This document shows, in pieces, positions 16,377 to 26,239 of a stretch of DNA of 52,479 bases. The notes beneath the pieces were generated by a model that had not been told where the DNA came from, did no database searches, and saw only the letters and a list, made by a program, of their open reading frames with translations. Origin of the DNA: a virus (lineage: Duplodnaviria; Caudoviricetes). The stretch covers positions 1-52,479 of the IMG/VR virus record IMGVR_UViG_3300027850_000083. One strand, written 5' to 3'. The translations under genes were made by a program, and so were the position numbers. Each line of letters opens with the position of its first letter. Positions within the stretch are counted from its first letter, which is position 1.

Positions 16377-19022
16377 ATGGCAGATACACACGTTTCCTCC
16401 CCGCTCCGCCGACACTTCTCGGTGAGCGGGGAGGATCCGTACGCGCAGGTTGAGTGGGAGATCAGCACTGCGCAGGTCGGCACGTTCGTGCAGGAGAACG
16501 TGTGCTTTCCGAAGACGTGGTCAGCCGATGCTCGCAACATCGTTGCTCAGAAATACTTCCGGGGAACGCTCGGCACACTGGAGCGTGAGACGTCACTCCA
16601 GCAGGTGATCGAGCGCGTCGTCACGACGATCGTGAAGTGGTCGTTGGCGGACCGCGGCTCCCTCTCCGACCCTCAGATCGAAGATGTGCTCGCTGACGAA
16701 CTGCGCACGCTCATGCTCGATCAGCGCATGGCGTTCAACTCGCCGGTGTGGTTCAACCTCGGTGTTCCCGGTGAGGTGCAACAGGGCAGTGCGTGCTTTA
16801 TCCTCTCCGTTGACGACGACATGGACTCGATCCTGAACTGGATCCACGAAGAGGGCCGGATCTTCAAGCACGGATCCGGTGCTGGTGTGAACCTCTCCAA
16901 GATTCGTGCGAGCAGTGAACACCTCAAGGGCGGAGGCACCGCGAGCGGGCCGGTGAGCTTCATGCGGGGCGCTGACGCGTCGGCCGGGACGATCAAGTCA
17001 GGCGGCAAGACGCGCCGCGCCGCGAAGATGGTCCTGCTCGACGTCGATCACCCCGACGTCGAAGAGTTCATCTGGTGCAAGGCGAAGGAAGAGCGCAAGA
17101 TCCGTGCGCTCGAATCGGCGGGCTTCGACATGGGGCTCAACGGCGAAGATGCTCACTCGGTGCAGTACCAGAACGCCAACAACAGCGTGCGCCTCAGCGA
17201 CTCATTCATGGAGGCAGCAACGGCCGCTGGAGATGCCCCGTGGACGCTCACACCCAGGGTCAACGGTGACAACACCCAGGTCTCAGCGCACGACCTGCTC
17301 CACCAGATCGCTCAGGCAGCCTGGGAATGTGCTGATCCCGGCGTGCAGTTCTCGGGCACGATCAACGGGTGGCACACGCTCAGCGCCCACAGCCCGATCA
17401 ACGGCTCGAACCCGTGCAGCGAGTACCTCTCGATCGACAACTCGGCGTGCAACCTCGCCTCGATCAACCTGCTCAAGTTCCTGCACACCGACTCCACCTT
17501 CGACATCGAAGGTTTCCGCCAGGCTGTGCGGATCACCATCACCGCGATGGATGCGATCGCCGGGAATGCCGACTACCCGACCGAAGCAATCGGCGAGAAC
17601 ACCCGCAAGTTCCGCCAGCTCGGTCTCGGCTACACCAACCTCGGTGCGCTGCTCATGGCCGTCGGCGTGGCGTACGACTCCGACGACGGGCGCGCCATCG
17701 CCGGTGCGATCACCTCGTTGATGTGTGGACAGGCGTATCTCCAGTCGAGCGTGCTCGCAGAACGCACCGAACCGTTCTCGGAGTGGGACAAACACAAGTC
17801 AGCGACAATGGGCGTGCTACACCGACACACCGACGCAGCGAAGCTCGAACACCAGACGCAACGTGCGCGTAACGGAGCTGCTCATCCGCTCATCGCTCCG
17901 GTGTTCCGCGCAGCAGTCGACGACTGGGAGTCAGTCGTCATCGAAGCTGATCGCGTGGGCGTGCGCAACGCTCAAGCGTGCGTGCTTGCTCCCACGGGGA
18001 CGATCTCCTTCTTCATGGACGCAGACACGACTGGCATCGAACCCGAGTTCGCGTTGGTGAAGACGAAGACGCTGGTCGGTGGCGGCACGATCGAGACAGT
18101 CAACCGAGGCATGGTGCAAGCGCTCACGAATCTTGGCTACAACCACATCGAACGAGACACCATCTACGAGTACCTCTCGACCCGTGGCGAGTTGGGCGGG
18201 CTGATCCGAGACGAGCATCGCGAGATCTTCGCCACGTCTGTCGGAGCGGACGCCATCCACTACAGCGCTCACGTCAAGATGCTCGCCGCCGTGCAACCGT
18301 TCCTCTCTGGGGCAGCGAGCAAGACCGTGAACCTCCCCGAAGACGCCACGGTTGCGGACTTCATCGACGTAATCACCACGGCGTGGGAGACCGGCGTCAA
18401 GTGCTTGGCGCTCTACCGAGACAACTCGAAGGCGACCCAGCCTCTCAACATCGGCATCGAGAAGACAACCGCGGTGCTGGCCGAGCCCGCACGCAAGAAG
18501 CTCGAAACTCAGCGTCGGGCGCGCACGTACAGCTTCCATGTTGGCGAGTGCAAGGGCTACATCACGGCGGGAGAGTACGACGACGGCAAGCTCGGTGAGC
18601 TGTTCATCAAGGTGGCGAAGAACGGATCGACGCTCGCCGGGATCATGGACAGCTTTGCTATCAGCGTCAGCCTCGGACTCCAGTACGGAGTTCCGCTCGC
18701 TGCGTACGTCGACAAGTTCATGCACACTCGCTTCGAGCCGATGGGCATGACCAACGACTCCGACGTGCGCATCTCCAGCTCGATCGTCGACTACGTCTTC
18801 CGGCGCCTTGCTCTCGACTACCTCAGCTCCGACGAGCGAGAGACGCTCGGCATCGTCTCGACCGGTGAACAGATTCAGCAGATGGTTGCTCAGGACATCG
18901 AGAGGCCCTCGGCGGCTCAATCACTCGGCGTTGTCTGCACCGAGTGCGGGTCTGGGATCCTCCGCCGTGCAGGTTCGTGCCTCTCATGCGAAAGATGTGG
19001 CGCGAGTACCGGTTGCGGGTGA
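16377..19022 (+). CDS. nrdJ: class II (adenosylcobalamin-dependent) ribonucleotide reductase
   Basis: QKYF, FNSPVWFN, SACFI, GGKTRRAAKM, NPCSE, ACNLAS, APTGTISF, C-terminal TSCPD-type domain and Zn ribbon. Confidence 0.95.
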   Translation: MADTHVSSPLRRHFSVSGEDPYAQVEWEISTAQVGTFVQENVCFPKTWSADARNIVAQKYFRGTLGTLERETSLQQVIERVVTTIVKWSLADRGSLSDPQIEDVLADELRTLMLDQRMAFNSPVWFNLGVPGEVQQGSACFILSVDDDMDSILNWIHEEGRIFKHGSGAGVNLSKIRASSEHLKGGGTASGPVSFMRGADASAGTIKSGGKTRRAAKMVLLDVDHPDVEEFIWCKAKEERKIRALESAGFDMGLNGEDAHSVQYQNANNSVRLSDSFMEAATAAGDAPWTLTPRVNGDNTQVSAHDLLHQIAQAAWECADPGVQFSGTINGWHTLSAHSPINGSNPCSEYLSIDNSACNLASINLLKFLHTDSTFDIEGFRQAVRITITAMDAIAGNADYPTEAIGENTRKFRQLGLGYTNLGALLMAVGVAYDSDDGRAIAGAITSLMCGQAYLQSSVLAERTEPFSEWDKHKSATMGVLHRHTDAAKLEHQTQRARNGAAHPLIAPVFRAAVDDWESVVIEADRVGVRNAQACVLAPTGTISFFMDADTTGIEPEFALVKTKTLVGGGTIETVNRGMVQALTNLGYNHIERDTIYEYLSTRGELGGLIRDEHREIFATSVGADAIHYSAHVKMLAAVQPFLSGAASKTVNLPEDATVADFIDVITTAWETGVKCLALYRDNSKATQPLNIGIEKTTAVLAEPARKKLETQRRARTYSFHVGECKGYITAGEYDDGKLGELFIKVAKNGSTLAGIMDSFAISVSLGLQYGVPLAAYVDKFMHTRFEPMGMTNDSDVRISSSIVDYVFRRLALDYLSSDERETLGIVSTGEQIQQMVAQDIERPSAAQSLGVVCTECGSGILRRAGSCLSCERCGASTGCG

Positions 19023-19033
19023 TCGTCCACTGA

Positions 19034-19064
19034 TACCCTCCCCGTTCAGGAGGGCGGAGGGGTA
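19034..19064 (+). terminator. imperfect hairpin after nrdJ
   Basis: taccctcc...ggaggggta inverted repeat. Confidence 0.35.
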
Positions 19065-19078
19065 CGGAGGACGTCCGG

Positions 19079-19429
19079 TTGGACGTGGTGATCAAGGGGG
19101 ACCTGGAGCAGTCTGAGCTGTCCTGGTTCGAGCGAGGTGCGTGTCGTGGCCGCGGCCCTGATAGCTGGTACGTGGTCGATGAGAGCGACCCCGACGAGTC
19201 CCGAGAGACTCCCCAGCGGTACGAGCGCGCCGTCAGCATTTGCGACGTCTGCGTGGTGAAGACAGCGTGCCTCGACTACGCGTTGGAGCACCGGGAGTGC
19301 TGCGGCATGTGGGGCGGGAAGACCCGCTCGCAGCGGTTCTCGATCATTCGTCGACGGCGCAAGGCGGCGAAGAAGGCGGCGAAGATCGAGTTCGCCGAGA
19401 CCGCTCCCGGCGTCTTCGAGATCCGATGA
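19079..19429 (+). CDS. whiB: WhiB family transcriptional regulator
   Basis: W..RGAC, ICDVCVVKTACLDYAL, GMWGG, basic C-terminal tail; GGAGG RBS. Confidence 0.92.
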   Translation: MDVVIKGDLEQSELSWFERGACRGRGPDSWYVVDESDPDESRETPQRYERAVSICDVCVVKTACLDYALEHRECCGMWGGKTRSQRFSIIRRRRKAAKKAAKIEFAETAPGVFEIR

Positions 19430-19710
19430 TCGACGGGATCACTTTCGTCGTGCTCGCTCTTGGAGCATTCCGCATCACGCGTCTCATCGTCGTAGACACG
19501 ATCCTCGATGACGCTCGGGAGGCCACAGTCGGTCGGCTTGACCCCGATGGGAAGCTGGCCGAGCTGTTCGGATGCCCGTGGTGCATCGGATTCTGGATCT
19601 GCATCGTCATCGCGATCATCTGGATGTTGGCCCCAATAAACACCGAGCGAGTCATGTTGCCCTTCGCACTGTCGGCCATAGTGGGGCTCGTCGCGACCAA
19701 CTTGGAGTAG
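19426..19710 (+). CDS. DUF1360-like membrane protein
   Basis: RITRLIVVDTI..R, CPWCIGFW, TM helices; start re-called at ATG 19426. Confidence 0.75.
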   Translation: MIDGITFVVLALGAFRITRLIVVDTILDDAREATVGRLDPDGKLAELFGCPWCIGFWICIVIAIIWMLAPINTERVMLPFALSAIVGLVATNLE

Positions 19711-19713
19711 CCC

Positions 19714-22239
19714 GTGGCGTTGAACCCGTTCCGGAGACGAGCTGATCCGTCTCCGCGCGTCATCCGAGCTGCCGCCCAGCAAGTCTCCATCGGGGACTTT
19801 CAACAGGCACAGCAGCTTGCACTGACGCGCCAAGCGTGGCAACCGCGAGCGTGGGGCTACTACCACAGTGTTGGCGAGATCCACTACGCCGCGCAGTTCG
19901 TCGGCAACGCACTCAGCCGCATCCGTCTCGTCGGAGCGGAGATGGAACCGCCGACCAACAAGGAAGACGCTCCCGAGCCCATCCCCACGAAGGACAAGAA
20001 AGTTCAAGAAGCCGTCGACGCATTGCAGTCTGAGCGCGGCGGTCAGTCGTCGTTCATGCGCAACCTTGGGATCAACCTCTTCATCCCCGGCGAAGCGTGG
20101 TTGCTCGGTTACGAGAACGATGACGGCGACACTGTGTGGGAAGTGCTGTCGATCAACGAGCTGATCATCCAGCCCGGCGACTCCAGCGCGTACCGCCGTC
20201 ACACGCCCAACTCTCCACCGATGCCGCTCAACAAGGACGCGTTGCTGATCCGCGTGTGGCAGGAAGATCCGCAGTGGTCGTACCTCGCCGATTCAGCGAT
20301 GCAGACGATCATGGACGAGTGCGAGAAGCTCATCGCACTCACGAAGGCTGACAAGGCGATCTCGCGCTCGCGATTCGCAGGTTCCGGCTTGCTGTTCATC
20401 CCGAACGAGCTGGTGCCTCCGGCTGAGCAGCCCGACGGATCCGGAACCGATGTCGACGCCGCAGAGAACCCGCTCTTCAAGCAGCTCACCGAAGCGATGA
20501 TCGAGCCGCTCAAGAACGAGGGCCACCCGTCGTCGGTCGTCCCCGTGGTGTTGTTCGGCCCGAGCGAGTACGGGGAGAAGATCAAATACTTCTCGTTCGA
20601 GCGCGAGGCCGACAAGGCGAGTGAGCAACGACGTGACGCAGCGATCACGCGCATCGCCACGGCGATCGACCTCCCGCCCGAGATTCTGCTCGGCAAGGGT
20701 GACGTCAACCACTGGACGGCGTGGCAGATTCACGAAGAGACGTTCCAGGCACACCTGGAGCCGCTCGTCCAGATGATCTGCTCGGCGCTCACGCAGGGCT
20801 ACCTCCAACCCGCACTCAAGCGCGCGGGCGTGAAGGATCCCGAGAAGTACGTTGTCTGGTACGACGCTTCCAAGCTGATCGCCCGACCCGACCAATCCGA
20901 AACTTCGCAGCAGCTCCACGCCGTCGGAGCGCTCAAAGCGTCGTCGATGCGACGTGCGAACGGCTTCGACGAAGACGATGAACCCGACGACGAGGAGTAC
21001 GCCAAGCGCGTTGGTCTGTTGCTCCAGGTTCCTGAACTGGCGCTCACCGGCAAGATGCCTGATCCGCCTCCAGCTCCCGAACCCCCGCCTCAGTTCGGCG
21101 GCAAGCCACCCGAAGTCGATGAAGACGGCAATCCTCCCGATCCTGCTGATCAGGAGAAGCCCGCAGAGGGCAAGGCCAGTCCCGGCAACGTCACGAAGGG
21201 GACACCCGACTCGAAGACGCCGGGAGCTGATGCCCCTCCCAGCCCGAACGGCAGCGGCAAACAAGCCAAGAAGGGCACCACGGCAGCAGCCAGCCAGCGC
21301 GGGCACAAAGTCCCGATCGGCCAGCAGCTCGCTCAGCTCGACATCGACCTGATGACGCGCTTGCGCACGCAGATGGACGCCGTGCTCACGGAAGCGCTCA
21401 CGCGCGCTGGCAACCGTGTGCTGAATCGTGCGTCCAAGGACCAGCGGTACAGCGACATCGTCACTGGAGTCCCGAAGGAGAACGTCGCAGGACGACTTGG
21501 TCCGGCGATCGTCGCGTCACTCAACCTCAACGACGATGATCTGCTCAAGGGCAGCTTCACAGCGTTCACGGCTCAGGCAGCGGAGACCTTCAAGGCAGCA
21601 CAGCGGAGGCGTAACGAGCTGATCGCTCGCTACCTTCGAGAGAACGACGAGCGCGACTACGCCGAAGCGGACCAGCTCGACGAGACCTACGCCGAGCGCG
21701 ATCGCACTGCTCGGGACTTCGGGGTCGCTGCGCTTGGGGTCGCTTTGCTCACGCTCGCATCGAAGCGGCTCTACGACCCGCTTGCTGATGCCCCCACAAC
21801 TCAGGGCGAGTTCGATGGTGTGACCGTCCCCGGCGACATGGTTCGTCGCATCATTGAGTCGGCCGGAGGAACGGGATCGGGACTCCACGTCTTGAGTGAC
21901 CAGACACTCACCGAGACAGCAGGCGGCATCGGAACTGGCGCCGTAGCGCGCGACATCCTCGCTGACAACGGAGTGCGGACGGCCAACTACCAATGGGTCT
22001 ACGGACCGGCGATCCGCTCCACGTTCGAGAGCCATGCTGATCTCGACGGCGAAGAGTTCTCCGGGTGGGACGACGAAGCTCTCTCGGTGCAGCCGGGTGA
22101 CGAGTGGCTCGGCGTTGAGTATTACCACCCCGGTGATCACAAGGGCTGTCTCTGTTCGGTCGCCCCCGTGTTCGACGGGATGCTTGCAGACTTCGACACC
22201 CAAGAAGCGATCACGGCCAGCCCCAATGGTCACCGCTAA
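19714..22239 (+). CDS. portal protein with C-terminal MuF-like extension
   Basis: actinophage portal-like N-terminus (AWGYYHSVGEIHY, GEAWL, DLPPEILLG..NHWTAW), Pro-rich linker, MuF-like end YQWVYG..H..LDG..HPGDHKGCLC. Confidence 0.85.
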   Translation: MALNPFRRRADPSPRVIRAAAQQVSIGDFQQAQQLALTRQAWQPRAWGYYHSVGEIHYAAQFVGNALSRIRLVGAEMEPPTNKEDAPEPIPTKDKKVQEAVDALQSERGGQSSFMRNLGINLFIPGEAWLLGYENDDGDTVWEVLSINELIIQPGDSSAYRRHTPNSPPMPLNKDALLIRVWQEDPQWSYLADSAMQTIMDECEKLIALTKADKAISRSRFAGSGLLFIPNELVPPAEQPDGSGTDVDAAENPLFKQLTEAMIEPLKNEGHPSSVVPVVLFGPSEYGEKIKYFSFEREADKASEQRRDAAITRIATAIDLPPEILLGKGDVNHWTAWQIHEETFQAHLEPLVQMICSALTQGYLQPALKRAGVKDPEKYVVWYDASKLIARPDQSETSQQLHAVGALKASSMRRANGFDEDDEPDDEEYAKRVGLLLQVPELALTGKMPDPPPAPEPPPQFGGKPPEVDEDGNPPDPADQEKPAEGKASPGNVTKGTPDSKTPGADAPPSPNGSGKQAKKGTTAAASQRGHKVPIGQQLAQLDIDLMTRLRTQMDAVLTEALTRAGNRVLNRASKDQRYSDIVTGVPKENVAGRLGPAIVASLNLNDDDLLKGSFTAFTAQAAETFKAAQRRRNELIARYLRENDERDYAEADQLDETYAERDRTARDFGVAALGVALLTLASKRLYDPLADAPTTQGEFDGVTVPGDMVRRIIESAGGTGSGLHVLSDQTLTETAGGIGTGAVARDILADNGVRTANYQWVYGPAIRSTFESHADLDGEEFSGWDDEALSVQPGDEWLGVEYYHPGDHKGCLCSVAPVFDGMLADFDTQEAITASPNGHR

Positions 22240-25200
22240 CCAGCGACTGGTCGTCGAGCTGGGCGACTACCCCGGCCACCCGTTCCGCGGAAACCAGTGG
22301 ACGAAGGTTGACGCCGATGATGGTGATGGGTTCAGTGAACTCAAGAACGGTGTCGACCTCACCGATCATCATTACGCCGCCGACAAGGCTGGGTCCAAGT
22401 CCCCGCTGCTCGTCAACGACGAACGCATTCAGACGGGCGTGCCGATCAAGCTCACCGGGCTCCACGTTGCCGAGAACCGCGGAGCTGAAATTGTGAAGAA
22501 TGGGTTCACCGACCCGATGCGCAGCGGTGGCAAGGCAGGAGCGGGAACGTACCTGCACATCGCCGGGGATCGCAGCGGTGACTACGCACACTTCGTGCGC
22601 GCCGGAAACGAATCCGCAGCGAAGAACCCGAATGCTCGCCAGATCAGTACCGACGTCACGCTCCAGAACCCCGTGGTGATTCGCCTCGGACTCGGTGCCA
22701 AGCTGGAGAACGAAGACCTGTACGACGCTCTCGCCTCGGCGCGCAACGAGCCACGGGACAAGGTGTGGGCCGACTCGACGACGCTCTCCAAGACGCTCAC
22801 ACGCGATGAGAACTTGGCGTCACCGATCGACCGTGCAATCACGAAGATGTTCCAGGAAGCCGGACACGACGGGCTTGTGATCCTCAAGCCGTCGGGCAAC
22901 GGCGGGCACGGTTCGATGGCGGTCGTGTACGACCCCGAGAACATCACCATCAGGGATTCGAAGCCGCTCGGAGCCGGGAAGGACAAGACGCTCGCCGCGG
23001 CACTGGAGTTCGGCGACTACCCCGGCCACCCGTTCAGAGGGAACCAGTGGACGAAGGTTGAGGGTGAAGGGAGCAAGGAGTCAGGCTCCAGATTCGGTGA
23101 TCAGACGACTCGTTTGATGTCCGAGGGCGGTCCTGCGCACGCTCCGTACATCCGCAGGATGAGCGAGCAGCTCGCCAAGTTCTCGAAGGTCACCGGCATC
23201 GCTCCAACGATCACGCGCGCCACTGGCAACATCGCTGACCGCCGCGGCGCACTCGCTGTCACGTCGCTCACCGAGAAGTATGGATTGCGAATCGACCTGA
23301 ACCCTGAACTGCTGACGAAGGAGAACCTCGACGGGCTGTCCGACAAGAAGTTCTTCTCTCCGGGGACGAGCACTCCCGAAGGATTGATCACGCACGAATG
23401 GGCGCACGCTGCTGTTGCGCAGATGACGCACGACGGCGAGTTTGACAGCAGTTTCGGCGCTGGTGGGCGCTGGGACAGGTCCCCATACCCCGACACCGGT
23501 GACGTGTGGCGCCCATCGACTATTGCTGTTCTCGACGCATTCAGCAATGAGACCGGACAGTACGAGAAGTGGGAGTCCGCTGCGAACGATGTTTCGAGGT
23601 ACGCGAAGACGAACGCGTCAGAGTTCCTCGCCGAGACCTACACCGACGGCAAGCTGAACCCCGGAGCTTCTGAGTACGCCAAGCAGTTTGCAGACTGGTT
23701 CGACGGGCGCGTCGCCGAGCATGCAGTCAACAACGATCCGATGATCAAGCAGACCCGCGAGTCGATCGCAGCATCTATCGATGGTGATTGGCAGCCTCAG
23801 TGGTTGGAGTTCGGCGATTACCCAGGCCATCCGTTCAGAGGGAACCAGTGGACTGACGGCGCTGGCGAAGAGAAGATCGACGTTGAGAAGTTCATCGCCG
23901 AGCACCCGCGCAAGGACGGCGAAGAGCTGTTCACCTGGCAAGGACGGGTTGTTGCCGACCTCTCACCGCAGCAGCAGAGCGACGTGCTGTTCCACGTTCG
24001 CGAGCGATACGAACCGAGCCCGGTCGTTGCCGAAGGGCTCAAGCGGTTCATCGAAGAGAAGGGTTTGCCCACCGACATCATCGACTCGATCATTGACACG
24101 CCTGTCGCTGTGCAAGAAGCCGACGCTGTTGCGCGCTACTTCGAGCGCACGCCCGATCAGTCCGATGATCCGAAGGTGATCGCTGCGTACGAGGATTTCA
24201 AGCGCCAGTCCGCAGAACAGTGGGACTTCATGGTCAAGCCTGAGTCCGAGGGTGGCATGGGCATCAGGGTCGAGTTCACCGACAAGGTCAACCCGTACGC
24301 CACGGCAGCGGACCAGGCGCGCGACATCAACGAGAACCGGCGAGTGGTGATTGAGTCCGGGCTCGGTGGGGCGCACGACGCCACGATGACGACTGAGGAA
24401 TACGACCGCTTCCGAGCCGTGCATGACGTGTTCGGCCACGCTGGAATCGGTGGTGGTTTCGATCGACACGGCGAGTACCAGGCGTGGCTTGTTCACGCCG
24501 CCATGTACGAAGGCGCCGGACGCGACGCCATGTCGACCGAGTACCACGGCGTGAACTCGGCGTCGTGGTCTGGAGCAGAAGGGTCCCCAGGGACGGGCAA
24601 GAGCTTGCTGCTTCCCGAGAAGTGGTCGAACCCTCCGTGGGATCGCGAGGGGCTCACCGCTGCGGGAGTTCGTTCAACGAAGGCCGCAGAGAAGATCGCC
24701 TCCGCACTCGATCTCGACGCTGCGTTCGCTCGCCGATTCGACAAGCTCCCGTGGCACCCGCTCCCCAAACGCAAGAGTGCGGAGTTCGGCGACTACCCCG
24801 GCCACCCGTTCCGCGGGAATCAGCACACTGACGCAGCCGGGGGTGACAAGGAAGACAGCGGCTTCGCCGAAGCCAAGAAGCCGAGGGGGAACTCCGATGT
24901 CGAGCGCCCGGAAGGAACGTCATCGTACGAGTGGGAGTACGACCTCCGCTCGTTGGAGAATCCCGACATCGCCGGGGGCACGCAGGGCAACCGCTCGCAC
25001 CTCATCACGCCGATCATCAAGAACGCTGGCTATGACCCCGGAGACTGGGTTGATGAAACGACACAGCTAAACGAGTACGGCGACGAGCTGTGGCCGACGA
25101 AGCATCTCACCAAGGACTTCTTCGATGAGTACCCCGCTGTCAAGGCGAAGCTGGAAGAAGTCGCCAAGCAGCCGTGGACAGCCGAAGCGCACGGCACAAC

Positions 25201-26239
25201 GGTGCGCGAAGGCGTCTTCGGCTTCATCAGACTTGCTGATCGGCTCTACGAACTCGGATCGAAGACAGCGTCCGGAATGGAGTTCGGCGACTACCCCGGC
25301 CACCCGTTCCGCGGAAACCAGTGGACGGATGGTGAAGGCGGCTCGTCGCTCGACGTCTTCAAGGGACCAGCGCGCACGAACGAAGCGACGATGTCAGCCT
25401 TCTCGAAGGAGATTCAGGACAAGATTTCTTCGAACCTAGAGAAGAAGTTCGGTGTCACCGCAGCGCAGGGCAAGGCGAACATCGAAGCGTTGCTCGACCG
25501 TGCGAAGGGCACAGCGGTGTGGGCAGCAGGATCGCAGTGGTATCAGAAGGCGAACGATGACGCAACGGAGATTGCAGCGCAGTTCGGACTGTCCGAGGAG
25601 ACGATCGTCGGAGCGTTCGCTGCGATTAGTCCCGGAAAGTATTGGGACGAGGAAGAAGTCGAAGTGCGGGCGATGGCCGAGTATGTCGGCAGTGACCAGC
25701 CGCTCAATCTCTCGGACGACCGCATGGAACTGCTGAACGCTCAGCTCGAAGCGATCGGTGAGCGTGCGGAGAACGGAACGAAGTTCTCCGAGTTCAGCGA
25801 TCGTGGCGCTGTGTTCGCCATGCGTCAGCAGTACCTCGATGACGGCGGCGCTGGCTGGGGGATCGGCAAGAGCTACGACAACTACGAGAAGGGCGTGTCG
25901 ATTCTGCGGGGGGCCGATCCCGACGACGTGCTGAACGGTGTCAAGGTTCGCAGCTTCTACAACAACATCGGCAACCCGGACGACCCGAGTGACGTCACGG
26001 TCGACATTCAGATGGTGCAGGCGTTCGCCAACGACAAGCAGGCTGAGAACAGTTCGTCCGTGATGGGCGCCCCGTCCATCTCCCGCAAGGGTGAGGGCAA
26101 GACCGAGATCGGTCCGACCCCGCTCGTCGCTGATGTCTTGCGGGAGGTCGCTAGTTCCTATGATATAATTCCGCAACAGGCTCAAGCGATCGCCTGGATG
26201 CAGTGGAAAGCCGAGAACCCTCCGGCGTCGAAGCGATGA
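22226..26239 (+). CDS. repeat-delimited multi-effector polyprotein A (5 modules: ART-like, zincin, HDxxGH domain, unknown, HhH-GPD-like)
   Basis: start re-called at ATG 22226 overlapping the portal stop; five copies of E(F/L)GDYPGHPFRGNQ(W/H)T separate unrelated domains. Confidence 0.85.
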   Translation: MVTANQRLVVELGDYPGHPFRGNQWTKVDADDGDGFSELKNGVDLTDHHYAADKAGSKSPLLVNDERIQTGVPIKLTGLHVAENRGAEIVKNGFTDPMRSGGKAGAGTYLHIAGDRSGDYAHFVRAGNESAAKNPNARQISTDVTLQNPVVIRLGLGAKLENEDLYDALASARNEPRDKVWADSTTLSKTLTRDENLASPIDRAITKMFQEAGHDGLVILKPSGNGGHGSMAVVYDPENITIRDSKPLGAGKDKTLAAALEFGDYPGHPFRGNQWTKVEGEGSKESGSRFGDQTTRLMSEGGPAHAPYIRRMSEQLAKFSKVTGIAPTITRATGNIADRRGALAVTSLTEKYGLRIDLNPELLTKENLDGLSDKKFFSPGTSTPEGLITHEWAHAAVAQMTHDGEFDSSFGAGGRWDRSPYPDTGDVWRPSTIAVLDAFSNETGQYEKWESAANDVSRYAKTNASEFLAETYTDGKLNPGASEYAKQFADWFDGRVAEHAVNNDPMIKQTRESIAASIDGDWQPQWLEFGDYPGHPFRGNQWTDGAGEEKIDVEKFIAEHPRKDGEELFTWQGRVVADLSPQQQSDVLFHVRERYEPSPVVAEGLKRFIEEKGLPTDIIDSIIDTPVAVQEADAVARYFERTPDQSDDPKVIAAYEDFKRQSAEQWDFMVKPESEGGMGIRVEFTDKVNPYATAADQARDINENRRVVIESGLGGAHDATMTTEEYDRFRAVHDVFGHAGIGGGFDRHGEYQAWLVHAAMYEGAGRDAMSTEYHGVNSASWSGAEGSPGTGKSLLLPEKWSNPPWDREGLTAAGVRSTKAAEKIASALDLDAAFARRFDKLPWHPLPKRKSAEFGDYPGHPFRGNQHTDAAGGDKEDSGFAEAKKPRGNSDVERPEGTSSYEWEYDLRSLENPDIAGGTQGNRSHLITPIIKNAGYDPGDWVDETTQLNEYGDELWPTKHLTKDFFDEYPAVKAKLEEVAKQPWTAEAHGTTVREGVFGFIRLADRLYELGSKTASGMEFGDYPGHPFRGNQWTDGEGGSSLDVFKGPARTNEATMSAFSKEIQDKISSNLEKKFGVTAAQGKANIEALLDRAKGTAVWAAGSQWYQKANDDATEIAAQFGLSEETIVGAFAAISPGKYWDEEEVEVRAMAEYVGSDQPLNLSDDRMELLNAQLEAIGERAENGTKFSEFSDRGAVFAMRQQYLDDGGAGWGIGKSYDNYEKGVSILRGADPDDVLNGVKVRSFYNNIGNPDDPSDVTVDIQMVQAFANDKQAENSSSVMGAPSISRKGEGKTEIGPTPLVADVLREVASSYDIIPQQAQAIAWMQWKAENPPASKR
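26161..26169 (+). promoter_or_regulatory. intragenic extended -10 TGATATAAT
   Basis: identical to the intergenic promoters at 1051 and 4991; encoded by AT-rich codons atypical for the gene; 66 nt before ATG 26236. Confidence 0.5.

Noticed and set aside
13906-19022. Inteins or introns in terL or nrdJ
   Set aside because: Both have normal length and continuous motifs
22034-22225. ORF-track start of the 1401-aa protein
   Set aside because: Overlaps the portal's MuF-like end; ATG 22226 at the portal stop is more plausible
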